Assembly: GCA_965112735.1 (NCBI GenBank)
Contig: OZ218952.1
Span: forward strand, 2,542,001-2,606,000
DNA from: Phaeosaccion multiseriatum
Taxonomy: Eukaryota; Protista; Ochrophyta, other classes
Length of the DNA stretch: 64,000 nt
Reading direction: 5' to 3'
Every line of letters starts with the position of its first letter. Within the stretch, counting starts at the first letter, position 1. This document shows, piece by piece, positions 1 through 11,085 of this stretch. Below the pieces are notes generated by a model. That model did no database searches. It worked only from the letters and a program-made list of their open reading frames with translations, and was not told the origin of the DNA. Position numbers and translations under genes: made by a program.

Positions 1-162
1 AGGAGGATGCTCTCCCCGCCTAGAGACAAATCAACCCATCATTTAACCAACCAACCAATCAACCATCCAACCGACTGACCTACCAACCCTTCTTCCCTCC
101 CTCCCTCCCTTCCACCCTCCCTTCCTCCCTCCCATCCAACCAACCTTCCCTCTCGAACGCAG

Positions 163-704
163 AGCCCCAAGGCCGGTCGCGGTGGAGGTGGAGGAGACGG
201 CGAAAGGGGCGAGAGGGAGTTCTCCGCAGCGGCTCTGGACTGGCAGCCACCCGAGAGACCTGGTGTGGACAACTCCGTCAACATCGTGGACACCATGCAT
301 CAGCTCCGGGATGAAGGCTATGAGGTGCGTGTGTGTGTGCGCGCGCGTGCGTGGGTGGGTGCGTGGGTGGGTGCGTGGGTGCGTGAGTGCTCTTTCTCCC
401 TCTTTTTTTATCTCTCGCTAGGTCCATCTCTTGCTCTCTCTCCCGGCCTCTCTCCCTCTCGCTCTTGCGTTCCCTCTCCCTCTCTCATCGCTTTCGCTCT
501 CTCTGTACGCAACGTCAGGTACCCGAGGTGCTGACTAGTCTGAAGTACATTCGCACGGCCGGAGCCGACGACGTCAATACCGAGGTGAAGGAAGTGAAAG
601 AGCAAGCTGCGGTGGAGTGGGAACATCGCATGCAGCGTTTCTCCTCGCAGCAGGAAGATGGCAGCGACGCCACGCCCAGACAGCAATTGCATCAGCAGTA
701 CCAC

Positions 705-743
<39 letters not shown>

Positions 744-836
744 AAACAGCAGACGCAGCAGCGGCAGAAGCCACCGCAGCAGCCGACGCAGGAGTCAGGC
801 TCTCGCCTGTTCGACAGGATCGTCGCAGCAAGGTGA
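163..836 (+). CDS. 3' part of an unknown protein (last two exons, about 163-324 and 519-836; gene starts before the window)
   Basis: cgcag|163 acceptor, gag|gtgcgt donor at 325, tcag|519 acceptor. Spliced frame reads ...VDTMHQLRDEGYE|VPEVLTSLKYIR...polyQ...RIVAAR*. No family recognised. Confidence 0.6.
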
Positions 837-1045
837 CGAAACGCGATGCTAAACTGCGGTGGGCAACTGAGCCGCGAAGCGATGATGCCGTCACTCACAG
901 CTTGTGGCACGGTAGGCAGAGAGGCCGAGCCCCCGTGCGTGAGCATGCGCGTGCGCGTGAGTGTCCGCGAGAGCGAGCACAACTACAGATGATAGGTTTG
1001 GCCTCCCTTAGCTACTCCACCCCGGGGGGGGGGCGTTCTGACCCC

Positions 1046-1450
1046 CTCACCGCCCCGTGGAACTTAGCCCCCAAGGTCGTATCTCTCCGACTCGTTCGGC
1101 CCCTGACATGTTTCTGAGGCGGCCCTGGTTCCTGCTTCTGGCCGGCGTCAGCGGGCCAGGCAGGTTCCAGGTTCTGGGGGAAAGCCATGTAATAAGGCAA
1201 TGATGACGGCCAAGGCTGGTTCCTGCTTCTGGCCGGCGCCAGCCGGCCTGCTTCCTGCTTCTGGGCTGGCCTGTCTCAGAAGCGTGTCAGGGGCCGAGAC
1301 TCGTCAGTCCTCCCCATCGGAACAAAGTTGATACCAGCCAGCGTTCTGTGTCGAATCGACCGTTCGTGTCGGGCCCGCTGGAGCGCAACGGCCAATCGCC
1401 GCCGAATGACGCAAACAGCTCTCGCATAAGCCCCCATGTCCAGATGTTCG
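1046..1450 (-). mobile_element. 5'-truncated 3' end of a non-LTR retrotransposon (restriction-like endonuclease type, CRE-like), interrupted by a MITE
   Basis: After removing 1096-1304 the minus strand reads EHLDMGAYARAVCVIRRRLAVALQRARHERSIRHRTLAGINFVPMGRTDESERYDLGG*. This is colinear with the copy at 60860-61283, which carries upstream RLE motifs. Confidence 0.75.
1096..1297. mobile_element. MITE, 202 bp, 23-bp TIRs, 7-bp target-site duplication GACTCGT
   Basis: Left end tcggcccctgacatgtttctgag matches the reverse complement of the right end tcggcccctgacacgcttctgag (2 mismatches). GACTCGT lies at 1089-1095 and 1298-1304. The empty site is visible in the paralogous LINE copy near 61235. Confidence 0.9.
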
Positions 1451-1725
1451 GGGGGGGGAGAGAATTAAAAGGAGAGGGAAGATCCGAGAGAGACAGGTGG
1501 GAAAAAAGAAAAAAGAAAAAAGAGAAAAGAGAAAAGAGAAAGAAAATTAAATACAGGCGTTGGTCGTATAAACTCACAGCTGGCTTCGCTCGAACCAACT
1601 TTCCTTTCAACTTCTTCCGAGAAGAGAGAGCCTGTTTTGTACCGCAGCATGTTGAGGATAGAGAAGGGAGACGCACTATCCCAAGGATCCGGGCGGGCTA
1701 TCGCTGAGGCTTCGTCACGGGTGGG

Positions 1726-4700
1726 ATGGCGGCAGTAATACGCCCAAGAGGAGACGTTGCGGGTGGGATGGATGTTCCTTTCCCTACTAGAGAGGATGAA
1801 GGAGACTTCGAAGTGAGGGAGCTTCCGCCCCCTCCTCAAAAGGCTGAGCGACAGTCCTCAATACTGAATATCCTCAAGCGTGGGTCAAGCTCGAGAAACC
1901 GAAGCGGGATGGAGGGAAGACGGCGAGACATGAGTGAGGTGGACAGCGAACAGAGTCTCGACGAACAGAGTCTCGAGGGTACATTAGAGACGGAGAAGGA
2001 AGGACGATCGAGCAGTAGCTCAATCTACTTGCACAGTAGTCCCGCCAGCGGTGGGGGTACTGCTTGGTCCTTCCTGTCCTCTATGGTGAGGTCTAGGTCG
2101 CAAGGACCAGCAGCAGCAAGAGGAGGAGGAGAAGGAGGGGGCGGAAGAGAAGTAGGACGAACGCTTTCGCAGCCTGGAGCTGCAGCACGAGTGCAGAGTG
2201 ATAGGGAAAGTTCGGGGGGCATCTCCCTCGCAGGCCTGTTTCTGTCGGACCGAAGAGGCTCACGCAGCAAACACGATAGCGGGGAAGATGTGGAGCAGGA
2301 GAAGAGAGGGAGCGGTGGCAGCGGCAGAGAGCAGGGGGCAGCGAAGCAGGGACAGGAGCAGCAGCCGGGAGTGGACGAAGAGCAGCAGGAGCAGCAGCAA
2401 GCTCTATTGAAGAGCAGGGCAACCCTGATCCAAGAGGTATGGTGTTCGCCCTGTAATAGAATGTCGTTCCTTCCCTTCGTGTTGACTGCGGTAAGGCCTT
2501 ACTCGCCCCCCCTTCTCCAGTACCTTCGCCAGTCTTGTGCTCGAAGGCAGCCTGCTATCGCTCATGATCTCTTTCTTATCTTCTCCTCTTTCTCTCCCCC
2601 TCCCTTCCCCTGTCCTTTTCCCGCTCTCTCTCTCTTCCTCTGTCCCTCTCCCTATCTTTCTCTTTCTCTCTCTCCGTTTATCATGTCCATCTTTATCGCT
2701 CCCTCTCCCCTGCTCTCTCTCTCTCAGCTGATGGAAGGCCTTCAAGACGAGGAGCTCACCCGCCTCGGTATGGCCCCTGGTGGAATAGACGACTTCATCA
2801 TTGGCTGGATACATGCTTGCCGCTTCAGGCAGGCCGAGGTGAGTCGGGAGCTCCATTCAATTAATAGGCTTGCTTTCCCCTCTTTCCATTGGGGGATTGC
2901 TGGCTGTGAGGTGGTGCTTATTGCTGTTTATCCACGCTCTCTTGCCGCAATTAATCCTAACCCTCTCTGTGGTGTTGACTTTTCACTTCGCTTTACTTTG
3001 CCTTGCTTCGGGGTTTCCGCTCAGGCGTTGCGGCGCGTCAAGGCCGTGGTGTCGTGTTGGACACCCCAGTTCCGGTCACACGACTTGCAGGCACGAGACG
3101 TCATTGACGCACTCCTCCCAGGTACTGTACTGTTGGGTTTCTCCCTCGCTCTCCCTGTCTTGCTTCCCCTCCCCCCTCTCTCTCGCTCTCCTCCCTCACC
3201 TCCCCCCCTCTCTCCGTCTCTCTCACTCTCCCTATATCCCTCCCCTCCCTCCTTTCTCTCCTCTCCCACCCTCCCGCCCCCTCCCCCCTCCCTCTCACTC
3301 CATCCCTCTCCCTCCTTCCTCCCCCCACCCCCCCTCCCCCGCCATAGGGGCGTACAAGCTCCTGCCCGGCAGAGACGGATCGGGGCGCTTCCTCCTCGTG
3401 GTCACGACACGCTTGGTGGACTACGACCGTTGCCCAAAGGAGCAGTACCGACGATGCCTTGCATACCTTATGTCGATGGTGTGTGCCTCCCACAAGTGGC
3501 GGCAGGACAATGCAGGGAGGGCAGGAGGAGGGGGGGGGGGGAGCGGTCCAAGGAGTGGTGGTAGTATGGGCGGTGGTGTGGGTGGGGGTGGGAAGAAGAA
3601 CGGGGCCGATCGGAGCATTGCGGGTGATGATGATGATGATGGTGAGGGTGGTGGTGTTAGTGATGATGACGAAGCTGTCGGGCCCCCAAGAACGAGGGTT
3701 GAAGGAGCAGGAGGAGGAGGAGGAGGAGAAGGAGGAGGACGAGGAGGAGGAGGAGGAGGAGGAGGAGGAGGAGGAGGAGGAGGAGGAGGAGAAGCAGAAG
3801 CAGGAGGGGAGGGTTCTGGCGTCGATGATCGCGATTGCAGCACAAAAGGAGGCAGCAGGATGTCAAATAGCACAGAGGAGGAAGGAGATACTGGGAATGT
3901 AAATAGAGCAGCAGGAGGGGAAGGAGAGGAAGAAGAGGAGGGAGAGGTTGACGAGGAAGAAGAAGACAACAACATGAGAGAGATGGGAAGGATTGCTCCA
4001 CCTTCGCAGGAGGAACGCTTGTCCAGCGACCAAGGCGAAGGGAAGGCGGGACGCAATTGCCACTCCTCATGGGCAGAGAGAGCTTCTTTTCCCAGTCTCG
4101 TGGTCATCATCGACGCCAAGACAGGTGCGGTGGGGGGGGCACTTTTGCTCTGCCTTTGCTTTGTCGCTGTGCCTGGTGGTGATGCACCTGCAGCTGCTGT
4201 GCCTGCTACTGCTGTGCCTGCTACTGCTGTGCCTGGTGGTGATGCACCTGCAGCTGCTGTGCCTGCTACTGCTGTGCCTGCTACTGCTGTGCCTGCTGCT
4301 GCTGTACCTGCTGCTGCTGTGCCTGCTGCTGCTGTACCTGCTGCTGCTGTGCCTGCTGAGAGTGGTCTGGGGCCGGGAGGGGCATGCTGTTCCCTTGCCC
4401 CTCTGAGCCTCCTTTCCCCCTTGGGGTACACACTCTCTCTCTCTCATACACACACACACACAACAGACGTCAGTTCCAAGGCAACGAGGGCGGTGATCGA
4501 GACCCTCTGCTCGGACAGAGACCTTGAGGGAAAGGCCTTCTCCGACAGCTTTGTGAGCCCTCGAGTGTCGGCCCAGCCCATCGGTCTCAGCAAGATGATG
4601 GTGGTCAACGCCTCCGCTCTCGTCAGGTGGGTATCGGTGGGTAGAGGGTATGGAGAGGGAGGGAGGGACGGACCCACGGAGGGAGGGAGGGAGGGAGGGA

Positions 4701-7700
4701 GGGAGGAAGGGAGGGAGGGAGGAAGGGAGGGAGGGAGGGAGGGATGGAGGGATGGAGGGATGGAGGGGAGGGAGGGAGGGAGGGAGGGAGGGAGGGAGGG
4801 AGGGAGGGAGGGAAGGAGGGAGGGAGGGAGGGATGGAGGGATGGAGGGGAGGATGGGTGGGATGGAGGGAGGGAGAGGCTGCATGCTACTCACTGACTTG
4901 CCCACTGCGATGAGAAGGCCGTCTGTTTTTGTAGAGGAGAGAGGCATTGTTGCGCTCTGCCGCCGGCCTCCTCAGCGATGAACCTCTCTCCCTCCCGCCC
5001 TGCTTATGTATCAATCTACGTCTCATCCCCCCCTCCTCAACGACGGATGCAGAGCCGGTCTACTTGGCTACAAGACCGACAGCGGCAAAGGTGGTGCCGC
5101 TCCCGTCCTCACCCTCGGTGAGTGTAACGCTTGACATGCTCTGTAACGCTTGACATTGCTCTACGCGGAAGCCTCGGCTCATTCACTCCTTTCTCTTTCT
5201 TCTACTTCTCCATGCATGTGTGTGTGTCTCTCTCTGTGGGTGTGTGTGCGTGTGTCTGTCTGTCTGCCTGTCTCTCTCTCTCTGTGTATGTGTGTGTGCG
5301 TGCGTGCGCCCCCTTATCCGAGCAGGTGACGTGCGGCCCTCAACTTGGGAGCGCGAGGTGGGCAGCGCGGGTATCGCCACCCTGCCCGACGACCTCGGGG
5401 CCGGAGGGAGGGCCTGTGGCTGGAGCTGGAACGATATCGTGGGGAACTTCATCCAGTGAGTGAGAGGGAGCGAGGGGGGGAGGCAGGGAGGGAGAAGGAG
5501 AGGGGGAGAAGTGCTGCAGTACGTCGTAGTGTGCTTTGCTTTTTTTAGGCTCAAATCCCCTCCCTCCCCTCCTTTTTTCCTCCTCATTCATCGCCATCCA
5601 CCCGCCCACCCCCCCCCCCCTTCCCCCATCCCATCCGCTACCATCCCATCCACTGCCATCCACTGCCATCCCTAGACGCGAGGACCTGATGAAGCACTAC
5701 GAGGCCTCCCCCTTTGTGTCGGACATCTCCACTTACCTCAATGTGGCGCACAGGGTTTCCGAAGCCTCCACCGCACTCGCCTATCTGGAGGCCCTGCAGA
5801 AGCTCGCTTTGCCCATGACGGACGGAGAAGGAAGAGAGGGTGGCGAGGGTGGTGATGAAAGTATGTGCATCGACGTCGCCGCCGACTCCGAAGGTCAGCA
5901 CGAAGGCCAGCATGAAGGCCAGCACGAAGGGCACCTGCAGCAGCAGCAGACACGGCAAGGAGGAAGAAGCCTTCTCAGAAGGCCCCTTCTCAGCCCTTCT
6001 GCGGGGCAAGGCTTGGCTGTGCCTGTGGCCTGGGTCAAGAAGGAGCTTGGAGATGTGAACGATGCAAGGCTCGTGGTGGAGCAAGTGCCTTGGGAAGGCA
6101 ATGGTGTCAAGAGCGAGGTGAGGAAAGGAGGGGAAGAGGAGAAGAGTGTCACCAAGTCCTGCTGCTATATCACCAGCTGCTGCTGCTGCTGCTGCTGTAT
6201 CACCAACTACGGCTGCTGCTGCTGCTCTACTTGATTTAATACAGGTGGCGCAACTCATGAAGGACATGCAGCGGGACAATGTCGAAGTCAACGGTGAGTG
6301 ATTCAGTAAGTCAGTCAGACAGTTAATGAGTCAGTAAGTCAGTGAGTGAGTGAGTGAGTGGGGGAGCGAGGGCTTATCCCTCTCTATTTGAGTCCTCGCA
6401 GTCGCTCTTTGTCCCACCTTCCGCCGCATCACCAACCACTGCTGCTACTGCTGCTGCTGCTTCTTTACCCTTGCTCTTCCACCTCCCCCCCTCCGCCCCC
6501 TCCCTTCCCTTCTTCCCCCTCCCCTTCTCCCAAAACAGGCCTAGAGATTGACCCCTCCAAGAGCGAGCCCGGAGCAGTGATCCAGGCACTCGCAGAGGCC
6601 ATGAAAGAGGCGGCTCGGAAGCCCTCTTTAACCTCCGCCCAACAGCAGTACGACGACTTGTGTGTGATTGATCCCTTGGGGGACATTGATGCCTTCCTGG
6701 CGGCCAGGGACGTGTTGCTTAGCACCAAGAGGACGAGCAGCGGGGGGGACATTTGGATGTGCGTCAATCGCCTCTGCAGGAAGGGTGAGTGTTTTGCGTG
6801 AGGGAGGAGGGAGGGAAGGGAGGTGGGAGGGAGAGAGGGAGGGAGGGAGGGAGGGATGGAGGGAGGGAGGGAGGGAGGGAGGGAGGGAATAAGGAGGACA
6901 AGGTGGGGAGTGAAAACGGGGAGGGGGGCTGAAGGGGGGGGCGAGCAAGGAGACGGTAGGTCTTGGGTTGGGAGGGTTGCTTGTGACTGGGCTCCCAACA
7001 CTCGGTGGCACTTCCACCGTCCGTGGTGATATTGTATATATGCCAATGATCCAAACCTTACGTATGTGGTGTGGATACGTGTGCGTGTGTGTGTGCGTGT
7101 GTGCGTGCGTGTGCATGGGTGTGTGGATGGCGACAGACGATGTCGTGGTGGTGTGTCCGTCATCTTCGGAGGCAGACCCCCTGCACATCACTGTTGAATG
7201 CATGCGTATGGACGGGCAAGTGTACGTGGAGGGGGGGGGGCTGGAGCCGGAGGAAGGTCAGGAGTGCAGCCAGCAGCAGCAGGAGCAGGAGGAGGAGGAG
7301 GAGGAGGAGGACGGGGCGGAGGCGGGAGACGAGAGTGGAGGGGAAAACACTTCGACGGGGGCAGGGGTGGGGGGGGGGGGCGACGACCCGAGCCTCGGTG
7401 CGAGTAGTCCTGGTAAGAAGAAGTGGAAGCTCCGGAGGCGGAAGAAGAAGGACAGGGAGAAGAAGGAGAAGGAGAGGGGCGTGTCGGCGGAAGAAGGACG
7501 GCGCACCTCTGGTGATGAGCAGGACGAGGGGGCACGGAAGCGAGCTTCTCGCGGACGCATCAGATCCTGGAGGAGAGGTGAGTAAAGCTCAGAGGGGCCA
7601 GGGGGGGGGAGGGGGGGGGGGGGGTGAGAGGGGGGTACCCTGCTGTCTTTCTTTCCGCCTTTCGTTCACGCGCTTGTGTAATCATGTTTTTAAAATCAAT

Positions 7701-8457
7701 AAATAAATGTGTTAACTACTTAAATGTTTAATTTTGATTGCGGGGTCCACAGGGTCCAAGAGCTTCACTAAAGGCAGCTCGAACGGACCCGGAGGAGAGG
7801 CGGAGGAGGCAGAGGTGGAGGGGGCAGGTCCTCCTTTGGACCGACAAGCCGCAGCGAAGGTGAGGGAGCCAAAGAAGATGGGCGCTACAAATAGCACTCT
7901 CATGAATAGTGTCCATGTACCTCAAGTCCTTCACTTGCTTCCCTCTTGGTCGTCGTATGTGTAGCCTCACATTCTTTTGCTTGCTTGGATGGCTCCATCA
8001 CTAGTATTGTCACCTTTCTTCTTTCTGAATGTCCCTCTCTCCCTCTCCCTCTCCCTCCCTCCCTCTCCCTCTCCCTCCCTCCCTCCTCCTCCTCCTCTTC
8101 TCTCTAACGTGATGGGACTGATTTGCACACATATATTTGGTCTATCGTCCCTCGATCCCCCAACAGAGCGGAAAGGGCAGCAAGTCTTCCCTCATGGACA
8201 CGGCTCCTGCTGCCCTTGCCCCTGTGATGAGGAGAATGTCATTCCGCAAGATTAAGCGGGGTACACCGCAGAGCCGCTCCGCCGGTGATGTGAACGACTG
8301 GACTGCCGTCAGGCGTAAGAAAAGCATCACGCAGCAGGTGAAGCTCGACTCAGACCCTGACCCTGACCCTGACCCTGACCCTGGTCCCTGACCCTGACCC
8401 TGACCCTGACGCTGACCCTGACCGTGGTTCTGACCCTGATCCCTGTCTTTCGAGGGT

Positions 8458-8506
<49 letters not shown>

Positions 8507-9546
8507 ATGTGTCATGAGAGAGTATCCGGAGGAAAGCCGTCTGTCTCGCGCGTGTGTTTGTGGTGGGCATGTGTGGTTGGTTGTTCATTGGTCTCATTTT
8601 CTTCCCCTTTCCACACGTCTTCTTCCCTTCCCCACCTCTCCTTTTCGCTCACAGCCATCTGTGAGGCGAACGTCGCGGGCCTTGGAAGACATTTCTGAAA
8701 CCGGAGCCGCCACCGCCGCCGGAGCAGCAAAACCCATGGGGGTTACCGTAGGCCTCCCCAAAAAGATGCCTCTCGGAGCGAGTCACGGCTTGGGCCACGG
8801 CACGAGTCGATCTGCGGACGACATTAGTGCAAAGGCACAGGGCTTTGTGCGCATCACGTGAGTGCGTGTGTGTGTGTGTGTGTATGTGTGTGTGTATGTG
8901 TGTGTGTGTGTGTTTTTTTGTGGGGTGATGTGGGTGGTTAGTGGTGGTGACGTGGATGGTTAGTGGTGGTGATGTGGATGGTTAGTGGTGGTGATATGGA
9001 TGGTTAGTGATGGTGACGTGGATGGTTAGTAGTGGTGACGTGGATGGTTAGTAGTGGTGATGTGGATGGTTAGTGGTGGTGATGTGGATGGTTAGTGGTG
9101 GTGACGTGGATGGTTAGTGGTGGTGACGTGGATGGTTAGTAGTGGTGACGTGGATGGTTAGTGGTGGTGATGTGGATGGTTAGTGGTGGTGAGGTGGGTG
9201 GTTAGTGGTGGTGACGTGGATGGTTAGTGGTGGTGATGTGGATGGTTAGTGGTGGTGATGTGGATAGTTAGTGGTGGTGAGGTGGGTGGTTAGTGGTGGT
9301 GACGTGGATGGTTAGTAGTGGTGACGTGGATGGTTAGTGGTGGTGATGTGGATGGTTAGTGGTGGTGAGGTGGGTGGTTAGTGGTGGTGAGGTGGGTGGT
9401 TAGTGGTGGTGAGGTGGGTGGTTAGTGGTGGTGAGGTGGGTGGTTAGTGGTGGTGATGTGGATGGTGGTGTGTCAATTGTATTGAGGCCTCAAATGCATT
9501 GGGATCTAGCAAAGCCCGCCCCCTTACCCCACTGTATGTTTGTGCG

Positions 9547-9584
<38 letters not shown>

Positions 9585-10249
9585 CCATACATTTGTGCGG
9601 TGTGTGCGTATTGTGCACATGCGTGCGTGCGTGCGTGCAGGTGCAAGACCAAGATGTCGTACAAGATCTGCGAGGCCGACCCCAAGAGCGAGGAGGACGC
9701 CGTACTCTCTCGCGTGGACGGGAGTTACGAGCGTGTCTTTGAGCTCAGGTGTGCCCATCGGTCCACCACCACCACACCACCACAGCACCGCCACAGCACC
9801 GCCACAGCACCACCACAGCACCACGCCCTCGTCAGGCCATCAATGTTCCACCCCCTCTCTCTCTCCCTCCCCCTCTCTCTCCCTCTGTCTCTCCCTCTCA
9901 TCATCTCTTGCCGAGCCCCCTCTTTATTTCCATCCAAACTCACCTTCTCCCTTGTCCTCTGTCCCCCACCTCCCTTAACTGTATCGTGTACGTGTGTGTG
10001 TGCGTGCGACACGAAACTGCCATTCCATCCATCCATCGATGGGTGACACACAACAGGAACGGGTCCATCTCCTCGGGGCTGGTACCCAACATGGAGAACC
10101 CAATCGTGCGCATTTGGACGGCACCGGCCCGACACCCGCAACACTCCCTGCACTTGGCCAGAGCCAGGGTGCTCACCGACGGCGTCGACGCGGAGGGCTT
10201 GCACGCTCTCGTGTTGGATGGGGGTGGAGGAGGGGGCGGCGGGCACTGA
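1726..10249 (+). CDS. Large multi-exon protein with a CRAL-TRIO/Sec14-like lipid-binding domain and an unrecognised C-terminal region
   Basis: Exons such as 1726-2436, 2728-2838, 3025-3121 and onward give IDDFIIGWIHACRFRQAEALRRVK (CRAL-TRIO N-like), LLPGRDGSGRFLLVV, SLVVIIDAK and SKMMVVNASALVR. GT-AG exons continue to ...[12 protein letters not shown] at 10249. Middle exon boundaries are less certain. Confidence 0.6.
4166..4357 (+). repeat. Intronic 15-bp tandem repeat (gctgtgcctgct[a/g]ct)n
   Basis: Read directly from sequence; lies within predicted intron 4125-4466. Confidence 0.85.
8930..9469 (+). repeat. Intronic 22-bp minisatellite GTGGATGGTTAGTGGTGGTGA(T/C/G), about 24 copies
   Basis: Read directly from sequence; units differ by only a few substitutions. 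Confidence 0.95.
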
Positions 10250-10377
10250 CGGACGGAGTAGGGAGGGGGTCGAGGCCACCGACGGAGGGGAGAGGGTGAG
10301 GGACTTAGCAGGGGCGCTGGCGAGGGTACTGAACAGACCCAGGGGGGTAGGGGGTGGGGGGCAGTGGACGGGACGAA

Positions 10378-10411
<34 letters not shown>

Positions 10412-10751
10412 ACAGTCGGGTTTGGTTTGGTTTTGTTACCCTTGGGTTCCTTTTTGTATGGCGTTTTGTACTATCGTACGTACCCTTTGGTTTATGTTGC
10501 TGAGGAGGGGGTGAAGGGAGGAGAGGAGAGCTTGGAGGGAGGGAGAAATTTTCTAGAGCGCGTGTTGGTGCGTGTGTGTGTGCTTGCGTGTTTAGGTGTT
10601 TAGAGAGAGGGGATTTATAGATGCATAGCTACGAGAGAGAAAAGAAGAGGGAGGGGAAGCGAGAGGGGTGGGTGTTGGCTGGCAGCGGTCAGGAGCGAAG
10701 ATTGGCATTTTGCGTATCATTCTCTGGGCCTGCCTCTTCCCCCTCCTAGTG

Positions 10752-10990
10752 TCGGCCCTGGAAGAGGTTATCAGATTACTGATTACGGCCGGCGCAGCCG
10801 GCCTGATTACTGATTACTGCCGGCGCCAGCCGGCCTGATTACTGATTATGGCGCCAGCCGGGCCTGATTACTGATTATGACCGGCGCCAGCCGGCCTGAT
10901 TACTGATTATGACGGGCGCTAGCCGGCCTGATTACTGATTTTTGGCGCCAGCCGGCCTGATTACTGATTAGTAACCTCTTCCAGGGCCGA
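10752..10990. mobile_element. MITE with perfect 19-bp TIRs, 6-bp duplication CTAGTG and an internal ~30-bp tandem array
   Basis: tcggccctggaagaggtta ... taacctcttccagggccga. CTAGTG at 10746-10751 and 10991-10996 (alternative reading: 20-bp TIR plus TAGT). Interior is about 6 copies of ggcgccagccggcctgattactgatta. Confidence 0.9.
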
Positions 10991-11085
10991 CTAGTGAAAA
11001 AGAAGAAAAGAAATTAAAAGTAAAGGTGTCTAAAAGTAAAGGTGATCATCCCAATCGGCGTAACGGGCAGAGAGGAAGTGGAGAG

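Noticed and set aside
1349-1444. Thrice-repeated ~95-bp sequence as a conserved ncRNA or promoter motif
   Set aside because: The longest copy extends into RLE-LINE coding motifs, so it is better explained as a retrotransposon 3' end.
1726-4981. 612-aa and 703-aa ORFs as intronless proteins
   Set aside because: They read through pyrimidine-rich and repeat-filled segments bounded by GT-AG sites, which are introns.
8930-9469. Interstitial telomere
   Set aside because: The unit is 22 bp with a single GGTTAG and no TTAGGG or TTTAGGG tandem run.
10771-10971. Regularly spaced repeats resembling a CRISPR array
   Set aside because: Intervals between repeats are only a few bases, the array is enclosed by TIRs and a TSD, the context is eukaryotic and no cas genes are present.
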